A DNA stretch of 64,000 bases from assembly GCF_009914755.1 (NCBI RefSeq), contig NC_060926.1; one strand, given 5' to 3'. This document shows, piece by piece, positions 38,075 to 51,052 of this stretch. The DNA is from the human T2T-CHM13v2.0 reference genome, Homo sapiens. Every line of letters begins with the position of its first letter. Within the stretch, counting starts at the first letter, position 1. Under the pieces are notes generated by a model that was given only the letters and a program-made list of their open reading frames with translations, made no database searches and had not been told where the DNA came from. A program made the position numbers and the translations under genes.

Positions 38075-40599
38075 GGCAGCGAGCCACCCTATCTCCTGCC
38101 CAGCCTGCCTGCCTCGCTGCACATCCAGCCCTGCTGTCCTTGTCCAGAGCAGAGCCAGCTGACCAGTCGTCCCCATTCCTAGTCCCCAGCTGGGGCTGTG
38201 CTTCCCAGTGGGATGCCCCACCAGACTGCAGGTTTGGCCTGTGGCTGACTACGCTGTGAGGATCCACCATGTGCCAGGCATTGTGAGATAGGTGTGCGTG
38301 TTCTCCAGTTTCCAAAGGTGAAAACAGAGGGCATAAGGGATTTGTCCAGGACCACACAAGAAGTTAGCATTGTGGAAGAAACTGCAACCCAAGTCTGTCA
38401 TATTTACAGAATCGCTCAGGTGTTCCTGCACACGTGGAGGTGGGCTGTGGGCCTGCCCTTGGCCCTGTGGGACTCACCTTCATCCAGCTCACAGCCCACC
38501 ACCTGAGAAATCAGCAGACCCCACAAACACCCCCTCCCACCAGGAAATGATCCCTCTCCTAAGTCTCTGCACCCACAGCTGGGCACATGGGAACAACAGC
38601 AGCCTCTGAGCAAAGATTTCCTATCACAACCAGGTAAGAGGACCCAGTCTGGCAGAAATCTCCTGGAACTCTCCCTCACCTCTACGGAGGGATCTCCAGA
38701 ATGATTTGGAAGCCTAGGAAAACCGTGAATGCTGACTTCCCTCCTGAAGGAGGCCCGGAGAAGGTGGGAGCATAAAGGAGCAAAGTGGCCCCCTCTTAGG
38801 AAGACCTCTGGATTTCCGTCCAGTTTTGAGACAGTGAAGAAGAGGCAGGGGGAGCCCTACCAAAGCAGGACAGGCTTCACCTCATCCCCACTTTAATACC
38901 CATCACGGAATGGAGGCTCCAGCCCCACATTCAGTTGATTCTCAGGGAATGTCATTTCCCACCTGGAGGGATGTTGCATTGCCCATCTCACTTTGTGCCC
39001 CAGCTGACACTGGGACCTACCTCCTCCAGGTCAGGGTCTTCGCCTCCTACCTCTCTGTATCCATTCATGGAAGGGGGATGAAATCAACAAGAATGGAACA
39101 TCTAGTATGTGTCCCTTCATGGGCCAAGCACTGTCACTTTCAGTCCTTGCACACTCCTATGAAGCAAATGTGGCCACCTCCAGTTTTCAGATGAAGAAAC
39201 TGAATCTCAGAGACAAAGGGACTGGCTCAAGTTCAAATAATGAGTCAGCAGCTGGCTTAATTTCAATGGTTGCGTACTGCACACATATTTCATGTCTGTG
39301 TGTTGGTAAAGATAAGTGAAGTTATGCCACATAACAAATAGTCCCTACATCTTAACAACAAAGGTTTATCTTCCTCTCACTGAAAATCTGCAGCAGTACT
39401 CTTCAGGGCAAGTATCTTTCAAACTTGTTTGGGGCTGGCTTAATCTGGGGCTTTGTCATCTCATCAGAAGACTTCTCATTCACTGGGGTGGGTGATGAGA
39501 CTGTTCACTGATGAACTGGTCAGAACTAGCCACATGGCCCTGCTCTACCTGCAGGGGAGCAGGACAAATGGGGGAACAGACGGAATGCTGGTGGGCATGT
39601 GGAGTATCTGCCACGGCCATGGATGATGCCGGACACTGGGTCCAGTAGCTTGTGCTGGACCCTAAATGACTTCCCACACCCCCTGGGAAGTCCTATCACT
39701 ATGAATGCCCTCAAGGGGCTCTGAGCTCTACAGTCGCTCTACCCAGGCCGAGCTACTTCAGCTAGTGTAAGCGTAGGGCCCAATCTCAGGTAAGCCTGGA
39801 AGGAAAAACCTCTGTGATAGAATTCAAATTAGACCAAGTCCATATTGAAGTCCTATCTTCTTAGTGGCTAACTTCCCTAGGTAACATTCAGTGGTGACCA
39901 CCCACTGGGGTCACTTAGCTCTTTCCCTTTCCTGTGTCCTCTAATCCCTTCCCAAGAACAGCCTAGGCAGCAGCATTGCCCACCCCCCCCCCACCTTCAT
40001 TTGCAACTGGAATACAGAGAAAGAGCCCGGGGCCATCAGAAGTCCATCCCACTGACTCAACTCATCTTGTCCCCTGGCAAGAGGGGAACTCAGCTCTCAC
40101 TCTTCTCCTCCTCCTTCCATCTTTCCTCCTCCTTTGCCCAGCACCATAGCTATTTCAATGATTCCAAAAATCCCTAGAGAAGTACAGTATTTTGTATCTG
40201 GGCTCCAGGTCCCCCTCATATGTCTAGGGCTGAGCGGTTCCCACAAGCACCCCAACCCTACCTCAGAGGATCTCCTTTTTCTGCCACCAGAATTTCACTA
40301 AATGAGGCTCTGCTTTCCCATGCCCAGGACACAGGCATAAGAGAGCAATTATTTGTACTTATCCATCCAGGTCAGATGGGGAGAGAGCCTAGAGGAGCAC
40401 TGGGTTCCTCAGGGACCTTTTCTGTCCACTCCACAGAGGAACAAGAAGAACCCATATGGTTTCAAAGAAGCAGAGAGCTTCCAGTTGCCTGGACTCAAGT
40501 CCTCTAGACTATTAGAAGGATTAACAAGATAATTACATAAAATGTTTAGCACAGCCTTCAAAAGATATTGGAAAAGCATATATAACAACATTACCTTTA

Positions 40600-41125
40600 A
40601 ACTCTCTGGCCTAGACTGCTCTCCTGGGTCTCAGACCTGCATATGTGACTCCCCGACATTCCTACCTGGATACTGCACAGGCCAACCTGGTTGATGCTCT
40701 CCCAACAGCCATTCATCCTTCACTGCCCTTTTTCTTTTTGTCAGAATCCACCTCCCACATGGAGGCTGTGAAGACCAGAGAGTTGTTCTCCCAGCCTCCT
40801 TTGCAGCTAGGACGTGAGCATATGACTTCATCCTGATCAACAGACCGAGGGGCTTCTGGGAAAGTTTTTCTATTAATATAGGCTCAGGAATGGAAGCTCT
40901 TCCCTTTGGCCGGAAGTTACTATTTAAAGGTGGTGCCAGGACCTCCAGCAGCCACTTTGTGACCATGAGGGAATAAACCTAAGGTGCCAAGGTTGGCAGA
41001 CCAAAAGTATGAGAGAATATTGTCATTATGTGATTGAATCAGTGAATGAACCCTGGGATTGTGTGCTATATAAGATAACATGTGCCTTTATTCTAAGCCA
41101 CTTCCAGTTAGGTATTCGTTTACAC
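40600..41125. mobile_element. Old MaLR/ERVL LTR (MLT1-type)
   Basis: ttctcccagcctcctttgcagctaggacgtgagcatatgac ... gcagccactttgtgaccatgagg. Confidence 0.55.
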
Positions 41126-41844
41126 CTCTTAATCAGCAAATATAAAAACAAACCCATCAACTCCTTCCTGAGTCACTCTTCCTCCAGAATTCCTCTTCTC
41201 AACAAAAGAGTTTCTTCTGCCAGAAATTCTACATCATCACTGCTTTCTTGTTCCTCACTTTTTCCATCTAGACTGTCACCAACCACCTTGACTCTCCTTC
41301 CAAAATCACTTCTGTTTCTTGATCCTGCAGGACAACCTCCTACAGGGAGGTCACAGGAAACCCCCTATGACCACCTCCTGCTGGTTTTCCTTGATTCTGG
41401 TTTCTTGCCTTCCGCTCCATTCTCCACAGTCCACTGAGTGCCTCCCTGTCTTCTCTGGATGTGCCATGCTCAGTCACACCTCCAAGCTCTTGCATTTGCT
41501 GTTCCCTCTGCTAGAATGCCCTCCTCACTTCTTTTCACAGGACTCCTCCTTTTCACAAGGTGTTATTTTGTGAACCCTTTATTGACTCGCCCAATCAGAG
41601 CCCATTGAACTTGCTTTGGTGTTGTACTCATCGGCCCTTTTTAGCAATCAGCGGACTGTAATGCCTCATTACCCATATATCTCCCCTGTAAGACCACACC
41701 TTATTGAGGTGAGGGAGGGTGTCTCAGTCACCTTTGGACTTCCAAGATCCAACAATGCCAAGCAGCAGCTACTTAGAAATTCTTAGCACAGTGAATGAAC
41801 AGCTATGTAGAATAAGCTGACTTCTTCTTGAATGTGGACACCTA

Positions 41845-42760
41845 TCGTGGTTACCTATTGCTGTGTAACAAAACTTACTGGTTGAAAACAAAAGTGACAT
41901 TTATTTTGCTCACAAATCAGATATTTTGGCTGAACTCAGTGGAGACAGGCAGTCTCTGCTCCACCCAGCATTAGCTGGGTTGGGTCAAGGGCTGGGGCTA
42001 GAAGCATCTGAAGGTCCGTCTATGAACATGTCTGAGAGTCATTGCCAGCTGTTGGCTGGACCTTAGCTGGTGCTATAAGCTAGAAAACTAATGTGCAGCC
42101 TCTTGTGTGCTGGGCTTCCTCACAATGTGTGGCGAGGTTCTGGGGTGAACATTCCAGCAGAGCCAGGCAGTGCTGCAGTGACTTTGATGACCCAGCCACA
42201 ACGGTCACACGGCATCACTATCACATTCTACTCATCCAGACAGTCATACATGCCTGCCTAGGTTCATGGGGAGGGGAAATAGGTGCCACTTCTTGTTGGG
42301 GAATGACAGGTAATATGGTTTGGATTTCTGTCCCTGCCCACAACTCATGTTAAATTGTAATCCCCAGTGTTGGAGAAGAGGTCTGGTGGGAGGTGACTGG
42401 ATCATGAGGGCAGACCTCCCCCTTGCTGTTCTCATGATAGTGAGTGAGTTCTCACGAGATCTGGTTGTTTAAAAGTGTGTAGCACAGCCCCCTTTGCACT
42501 TTTTCCTCCTGTCCCATCCATTTAGGACATGCCCGCTTCCCCTTTGCCTTCTGCCATGATTGTAAGTATCCTGAGGCCTCCCCAGCCATGCTTCCTGTGG
42601 AACTGTGAGCAAATTAAACCTATTTTCTTTATAAATTACCCAGTCTCAGGTAGTTTTTAATAGCAATGTGAGAACGGACTAAGACAACAAGGTTCAGGAA
42701 GAACATGTTGGACCAGAAATATTGTTGTAGCCATTTTTTTGTTTTTTGAAAATTCAATCT
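41845..42760. mobile_element. MLT1 LTR interrupted by an MSTA LTR
   Basis: gttacctattgctgtgtaacaaaactta...ttgctcacaaatc MLT1 end; sequence resumes after 42691. Confidence 0.6.
42311..42686 (+). mobile_element. MSTA solo LTR
   Basis: taatatggtttggatttctgtccc...gagttctcacgagatctggttgtttaaaagtgtgtagcac...ggactaagaca; near-TSD acagg/acaag. Confidence 0.9.
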
Positions 42761-42763
42761 CCT

Positions 42764-43100
<337 letters not shown>

Positions 43101-44624
43101 TTAAGTCAACTCTTTGTCTGCCATTCTCCCCAAACTGTCATTTGTCTTCCTTATGAGATGCATGCCCAGGCCTCCCTTGTCCCCTCCTCATAGTGCACTT
43201 CTCTGAACATGGCTTGTGGTTTGGTGGAGTGAGCTGGTAACAAGCTGTTAGGAGAGCTGGGTTTGTGATCCAGCTCTACCACATTCGGATTCTGTTAATT
43301 TGGATAGGTCACTGGAATTTCATGGGCCTCATTTATTTCCTTGGTAAATAGGAGCTGATGGTCCCTGTGCAGAGGGCTAAGTGAGGTCAGGGCTGAGAGG
43401 AGTGGTCGTGGACATCAGGGCAGGGTGTGAAGGCAGCATGTCTCAACCACGGTTCAGTTGCAGGAAACAGAAGACACTGAATCTCTGCTAAGCAGAAAGG
43501 GACTTAACACCAGTAATTAGGTGATTACAAAATCACTAGAGGGGCTGGAAGAGTGGGATTGAGGCTGACCTTCTGGGAAATACTTTCTGGATGTGGCCAA
43601 GGGAGCTTGTACGCCCATCAAAACCAGGACGGTGAGGAGTCAGGAGGCTTCTATGGGACTGGGGTCAGGAAGTCACCTCCACCACCCCACAAGTGGGTCT
43701 CAGTGTTCAGAAGCTGATGACTGGTGTCGTGGTCATCAGGGTTGTTCACCAAGTGTTTCTAGTTCTCCCACAGGCAGATGGTAGGATTAGCCTTCTCTGC
43801 CCCCCTGGAGTTAAGTGACCCTGTGACTCAATGAAATATGTGCCACTTCGTAGTGGAAGCTTTAAGTACTATTCTTTAATTTTCTGTATTCTCTCTTTCC
43901 TTTGTCACAGTGACCTCAATGCTCCAAGTGATGGTTTTTCCACCAGCCTGGGTTCCCAAGTGTGGTAAACAGAGGCCAGCAGCCCCAACCACCCATGTGA
44001 TGTGGGGCTTGCTTATTTCTTAGCATAGTGTAGCCCATTCTGATGGGCACAACTGGACACTGGAACATTGCTTGCCTTAGTTATGCTTGCCCAAGGCAAG
44101 AGCCAAAGCAGTGGGAAGATAGCACTTGCTGCAATTCCACTTTCCAAATCCCACATCCAGGGGGCAAAACCTGATTTGCATCCAGAATCATAGCTTTAGA
44201 GAAGTCTGGGAAATGTAGCTTTTAGCTTCCCAGCTTCTGTGATACTAGGTGTCACTCCCAGTGGATTGATACCAAGGGCCCACCCTTGATATCACACCCA
44301 CCACAGCATACCCACCACAGCAAACACACCCTGGGGTTCTAAGGGTGTTCCAGCTCAAAGCCAGGGAGAGAGGAGTCTGCAACCTGATAGTTGGGCTGGG
44401 TAAAGGGACTCGAGGTACAAAATCACATGAGATGGACTTGGAAGGGCAGGTGGAGGGGAGAGAGCCGGGTTAGCCTTCTACCTCAAATGAAGACCATGAT
44501 AATACACAGAGAGGGAGAGAGAGACTATGTGTTCTATGTGATGCCTGAGAACATTTCAAGGACCCTAGGCCTAGCTGATTGAATATATTTTGCTTTATAA
44601 GTATTGCTTTGTAAATTATCAAAT

Positions 44625-44755
44625 GCTGTGTGAAATACTTCCATTAGACTATGAGCTCTGTATGGGCAGGGAGCATGCCTCATTCATCTATGTACCCTTC
44701 ACATCTAGTACAGTGTTGGGCACATAGTAGGTGCTCAATAAATGTTTTATGAAGG
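44625..44755 (+). mobile_element. L2 3' end
   Basis: tagactatgagctctgtatgggcaggg...ggcacatagtaggtgctcaataaatgttt. Confidence 0.85.
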
Positions 44756-44779
44756 AAAGAATTTGCCAATGTTCCACTG

Positions 44780-45480
44780 AGAAATTATCTTGGAGAACTA
44801 GACCCAATGTTCCCAGTGTGGTCTGACTAATCAGAACCTGGTGGGAACGCCCCTCCCTGGGTCTCAATATTATACTTCTATTAACGTGGCCCAAGATTGC
44901 ATGATTCTCCTTGGCAGCCACACTGCACAGATGATTCATATTGAGCTTGAGGTCAACTGGAGTCTCTGGGTCTGTTTCACATGAGCAGCTATTAAGTAAG
45001 GCAAGGCTTCCCCATCCTGTCCATATGCAGTTGATTTTTTGAACTGAATGCCTTATGTAACATTTCATCCTGCAGAGTTATAGTCCATCCTTCAACTTCT
45101 CAAGATCTATTTGCATCTTAAGTCTTTTCATTCAATAGGCTATTCATTTCTCTTAGAGTTGCGTCATCCACAATGGTGTCGCAGAGGAGTTCTCTATCTC
45201 TATGCACTTTCATGACAAAAATGCTGCACAAGTCAGGCCACCAGGGACCTCCCTGCATGTGGATGTCAACTTTTTAATCAGTGTAAATAGAGAATAATCA
45301 CTTAGCCATCTCTGATTCTGTCCACAAAATGGACAGACTGTCCCAAACTGAAACAATGAAGTATACAGAACTCCCTTGATCTCTGGGACCTACACCAGAA
45401 GGGGGAATGAGTTCATTCGGGAGCATTTGCCTTTCACAAAGCCACACTGGCTCCTAGAGATCCTCACATTCTCTTATGGG
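44780..45480 (-). mobile_element. L3/CR1 LINE fragment with an ORF2 remnant
   Basis: ORF 44688..45068 reads VDLKLNMNHLCSVAAKENHAILGHVNRSIILRPRE, matching CR1 ORF2 (VD.KLNMSQQC.AAAKKANAILGCINRSI.SR.RE). Confidence 0.8.
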
Positions 45481-48400
45481 CTGTCAAAGACATTTCTTGG
45501 TTTATCAATATGTATCAAGAATCAGGAAGATGTTCAAATTATCAGAACTACTAACCCACAGCAAAGTTAACAGCTGTTATCTAAGAGTCCGGAGGCAGGG
45601 AGATGGCTGAGTGGATTGTGAGATATCCTCTCCATGGAACAGCATGTGCACCATTACAACAATAATTCAAAACACTTAAAAACCCAAAAAACTATGTGGT
45701 GAACACAGACAACAAACTTAAATAAAATGTGAACTCAAAAAAGCAAGCTACATGTTTATGTGCACTCCACGAAGGAGGATTTGTAAAGTACTATGCATGC
45801 ATGGGGAGGATTCAGATATTGTACAAATTGGGTGAGGGAGACCAGATGATGGGTGATTTCTCCTCTCTATTTTGCAAACTTTTTCTACAGAAAGCAGCTT
45901 CTGAGGCAGAGGTTGAGTGAAGGCATTTTCCTGGGGATAGTGGCCCAGACAGAAGGCTGGGAATGAAGTGGGGAGTAGGGAGGGAGCTGACCTCCAGGAT
46001 AGATGGCTGGTTGCTAGGTCCCCTGGCATTGCCCAGGAAGGCACAGGAAATGCACCTCAGGGCTGCCTGCCTTGGGGGACAGTGGGGAGCATTTCTCAGC
46101 TTCTGCTTCACGTTGCTCTGAGGTAGGGGCCATAGAGCATTAACTCTCTGGCGATTCCGGGTTATGCATGTGAGGAGATTCCTGGGGAGCCCCTGCCGCA
46201 GCACCCGCAGAGAAGCCCTGGGGGTGGGAGGCACCCTCAAGTGTTGCTCACTGATGGTGCAGCAGAGCTGGGGTCAGAAGTCAGGCAGGGCTGAGAGAAT
46301 CCAATGCACTGTACAGGATGGATCTGACCTAGCTCTGCTAATGATTTTATAAATACAAAAACCTGCCCTGTTCTATGGCTGGAGATAGGCTTCCCTGTCT
46401 CTAGCTTCCAAAATCTATCTTGAAAATCAAAAGTCTTTATCCATCTCTGGTTTCCACCTTTCTTCTCTTATCTAAGGGGTTTTGTAGGTCATTTCTCTTG
46501 GAGCCCAAAACCCAACTCATGGCAGTCTATTAGAGTGACTTCTGTGCTCTCCCAGACCAAGCCAAACTTCTCCTGGGTGTCAGGTGGCCGCCCCCACATG
46601 CACACTGTTCCGAGGGAGGCTTGCTCACTCTCCAAAGAAGACAGGAGCATTTTCAGGAGGCAAGGGTTCAGCCATCCCTCTCATCAAAAGCCCTCGTAAG
46701 TTTTGAGGCATTCTGCCCTGGGGTCTGCCTTCTTGACACATTTGTACCATCTGATCTGAGGACTTGGGTTTTTTTGGTGGGGGAGTTATTTTTGTTCTTG
46801 GCTGTATGCTGAATTTCCCTTCTCCCACCACCCTATTTCTTGTTTGGTGGCGGTGGTGGTTTTTGTTTTTTTGTCTTGGATTTTTCAAGGGGCCACATTG
46901 ATCTTTTGAGTCATCTTCTTTGGGCCACTATATTCTCTCTACTTGAAAGCAATCTACTTTCTCAAGGTCCACCCTACACAACTGGTGTTGCCACCACTCC
47001 CTTCCTGTAACATTGTGAAGGATGATAAAGTCCTTTTCTTCCCACGCCCCTGTCATTTTACCACTGTGCCCCTCTTAGTTGATCAGAGTTCAGTGTATCC
47101 TGCCAGTTCCACTTGTTGCTTTTTGAGAGATTAAATTATCAGCCGGCAAGAATGTAGCAGTCATCCTGGCTTTAGCAGATGTCCTTGTAACTGCAGTCCC
47201 ATCACTCTGGCCAGGAGCTGGCTTCCGACACTTCAGGGCCTTGATCTTGGACTTGGAGACATACTTCCCCTTCACCTTCCACAAGAGGGCCAGGAGCTCT
47301 CAGCCCCCAAGGAGGGGCCTGGGAGAGAAAAGTTGATTAAAAGGCTGTTTTCTCAGAGCAGGTCTTGCAATCTGTTGGAAGCAGAGAAGTGGAGAGTGCC
47401 AGGCTTCAAATCTCGGATGCACCACTCACTGGATGTGATTTGGGACAAGTTACTTAACCTCTCTGGGCTTCAGTTTCCACATCTGTAGTTGCTAGAGCTT
47501 TCTTGATCTTTCAAAAAAGTGTCAGGAACTGTGGTTTTCCACAAAGCCACCATGACTTCTGCCTGGCTGACAGCAGTTGCAAGATGCCATTGACTATGCC
47601 CTGATTTCAGAGAGGCTAAAGTGAAAAAAAAAATGTGCATCTTAGAACCAACGAAATAGTGTAGTATCTACCCATAGAGTTGCTGTGAGAATTACATAAC
47701 TTAAAATATGCGTAGCGCCAAGAGCAGTGACTGGCACATAGCACCATCTGTGTGTTAGCTATTTGGCTACTGAAGAGAAGAATGGCATTGATGAAGATCT
47801 CTGAGGAATGGACGATGAAATGACTCACTCTCCATGGTTCCGCTCTGTAGAACAGGAAATCAACTGTCCAGGGAGGTGCAGTCCCAGCCCCTCTTTCATC
47901 CAGACGTATAATGTGCCATGTGACTAATTCTCACCAATGGTATATGGGGGTCTCTTCTGAGCTAAGGGATTATGAAAAATAGTGTGCCTTCTCCACATCC
48001 TGCCCATCCACTGGATAATGGAGAGGCCTCTGAGACCCTGTGGGACAAAGGAGCGGCAAGAGGGAAGAAACCAGGATCCCTGAGTCACCACGTGGAGGAA
48101 AGTCCTCGGTCAGCCAATAACTCCTACCTTGGATGGCCGTATAAGTGACAGACGAACTACAGTTGAATGAGGCACTGAAATTCAGGGGTTAATTTATGCC
48201 AGCACCTTAACTAAACACACACCAATGTGGGCAGCTGTGGGGAGGAAGGGCACCTGTGGTGGGAGCTTGGAGAAATGGAAGAGTGCAATGAACTACAAAG
48301 TCAAGGGCTCGCTCAGCATATGCCAGTGCCTCAGAAAACAGTTGACAACATCCAGCCCACCACTCGCCTCCCCAACGCAGTGCTGACTTTATATTGAAGT

Positions 48401-49539
48401 CTTCATCAACAGACCATTCATTCAACATGTAATACATCTCTACCATGTGTTAGCACGAAGTCCCAGCATGACGGGGCTCTGCTGGGTGTGGTCCCAGCAC
48501 GGCCCCCCGTCCTGTGGTCAGGCCCCCTCCCCGCAGCCCATACATCATCCTGATGTGCAGAAGAGACCCCATTAATCACAACACCTCATTTGCCAATGTG
48601 ACTTCCTCGGCTGTGTTCCGCCAGGGAGGGAGGCCCTGCCGTCCTGCGGTGGGTGGGTGGCTGTCCGGGACGGCAGCCTGCACCCTGCAGATGGACAGCA
48701 TGGCTTCCAAGCCTCAGTTCTGGGCCCTAGAGACAGGCTTCCGGGGGCATCTGTCTGTGATGGGGTCACGGAGGCAAAGCTGAGAGGTTTCCTCAGGAAG
48801 CTGTCAGGAGACCAGGGGCTACTCCAGCTCCACCTGGAAGGTTGCAAAACCCCAGCAGCACTACCTGAAGTGAGCTCTGAGTTTTATTTCTTTTTTGTTT
48901 AAAAAAATAAAAAATCCAAACACAAAAGGGTTTGTCTGCATTTTCATTCAGTATGTGAATATCAAGATTAAATGGCCTGCGGCTGCTCCTCTGTTCACCT
49001 CTCAGATCATAAAACCTCCACAGTGACTGAAAGCAGGAGCCCATCAAGTGGCTTTCTGTTTCCCGCTCTGTCTCCCCAGGGCGAGTTACAAGGAGTCCAA
49101 GTTACAAAGTGCAGGCTCCAAGTGGCCTGGCCCCAGGTGGCCTCAGAAGTCCCTGGAATGAGGTTCTCAGAATCCCAGGGCCACAATTGAGTGTGACAGG
49201 TTGACCCACGTGGATCCACATTTTCCAAGGTGCCCCTTCTAGGCGCCCAGGCAGGGAGCTGCTGAGCAGCCCCTTTCCCCAACCCCAGCACTTGCCTGGT
49301 CCAGCGGGTGGGCTCTAGACAGGGAGCTGGAAGGACTGTCCAGAAGAGAGTGGCCCCGCCTGCTGGTGAGATGAGCCCCTCTCATGCGAGCTCCGTCTCC
49401 TCTCACCCCTCCCCAGGATGGCTCCACTGCAAGCCCTTCACAGTGATTCGCACCCATGAGCATTTTACCCAACAAAATGTTACAACCTGGGAAAGATGAA
49501 TTTGCTCCAAAATACAAAAGAGAAAAATTGGAGATAATA

Positions 49540-49790
49540 AATATTTAATGAATGCATTCAAATTTTATTAATTGTTCAATTTCATCCTCATGAAAGTTTC
49601 TTTCCATTTGAAAACAATTTGTACCTTCGATTTTCTCGCCTTGTACGGATGTCTGGGTCTGATGATGGCTGGGAAGTCGGAGCCAATCGTAAACTAAGCG
49701 AGTAAACTTAAGCCAAATAATTTCAAAAGCAAAATTATAAAAATTCTTTCCAAGTATTTTATAGCAAAATAATTCCATTTAATGTGGGAT
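49540..49790. promoter_or_regulatory. AT-rich unique segment with CDX/posterior-HOX and FOX motifs (candidate enhancer)
   Basis: CCAATCGTAAAC, GAGTAAAC, TTTTATTAAT and ATTTTATAGC, with retained CpGs in an AT-rich context. Confidence 0.4.
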
Positions 49791-50929
49791 GTGGGTGCAT
49801 TTTAATTCTTTTATATACTCTGGGGTGGGACCTACAAAAGTTAGACTGTCTGGTTCCCAGGAAGGCCCCACTGCTTTCCCTCTTCCTTTCCTCTCTCCCT
49901 CCCTCTCTCCTCCTTTTCTCTTTGCTCCTCAAAATCCTTTCCCTCTGCAGTTTTAAGGAAGTATCAAAGAATCTCCTGCCAAAAATGTTAATTTTTATAA
50001 AGATTGATTTGTTACATTTCTGAGGTCTCTCCTGGAGAGAGTCACTGGTGCTGATAGGGATTGCTATTTTTTGTCTCTTCCAGTCCCTCAGCTATTCTTA
50101 CGAACAACAGTCCACTGCAGTGGACACTTCCTCACAGCAGAAGAGCTGAGGAAACTGCCCCTGGCTCCTCTGTGGCTGGCTGGCCACCTCACTCCGGCTG
50201 TAGGGTACTGGGCTAACGCCGTAGGGCATGGAGTCAGTGAATTTGGAGATAAGCCTAAGGGCTCAGCCAGCAACCAATCCATATGCAACCTGCGGTTTGG
50301 CTGACAGGCCCTTTTTCAACCAGACAGGTTGGTCACCCAGCAGCCTAGCACCTTTTTGCCAAAATGCTCGGCACCCCCAGGGCTCACGGATGGCCTCCTG
50401 TCTCCCAGGAAAACTTGCCTTGAGCACCTGAGTGACTCATGGGGCGGACTCATGAGATGCGGCCCATAGACCCCTCAGCAGGCCTGGCCATTCACAGAAC
50501 CTAGGGTGCGGCTGAGAGAGCTCCTGGCTCAGGAGAGAGGACCCAAGGATACTCTCTGGAGGCCCACCTGGGACCTTCTCTAACAACCCTGGGGAGGGCC
50601 AGTTGTCTCAGCCTGGGGGAGCAAGTTCCAGATTATTTTCCAAGGGCCTCCTAGGAACTTAGCTACACCTAACTCTGCAGTTCCCCTTGCCAGGCCCCTC
50701 ACCCCCTGTACCCCAAATGGCAACTCTTGAACAGCCCTGCTCTGCTGCCTCAGCCCAGAGTCTCTGTTCCAGCAGCCTCCTCCTGCACTGCTCAGGGCCC
50801 CAGCCCCACACCTGGCTAACTCTCCTGTCTTCTTCAACACTGAGCTAAGTTGCCACCTCTTCCCAGCTCCTTCTAAGGTACCAGGAAGGCTTCCCCAATC
50901 AACTCTCCTCTCCCCCAGGCCAGACTGAT

Positions 50930-50950
50930 ATATAGATAGATGATGATGAT

Positions 50951-50988
<38 letters not shown>

Positions 50989-51052
50989 CAGACAGATAGA
51001 TAGATAGATAGATAGATAGACAGACAGATAGATACATATATACATACATAGA
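50930..51052 (+). repeat. (GATA)n/(GACA) compound tetranucleotide microsatellite
   Basis: Direct read. Confidence 0.95.

Noticed and set aside
38495-39790. Plus-strand exons ending at strong donors (CAG|GTAAGA at 38633, CAG|GTAAGC at 39789)
   Set aside because: Isolated donors with weak acceptors and no coherent frame or exon chain.
49228-49370. CTCF-like motifs near 49240 and 49360
   Set aside because: Mismatches at key core positions.
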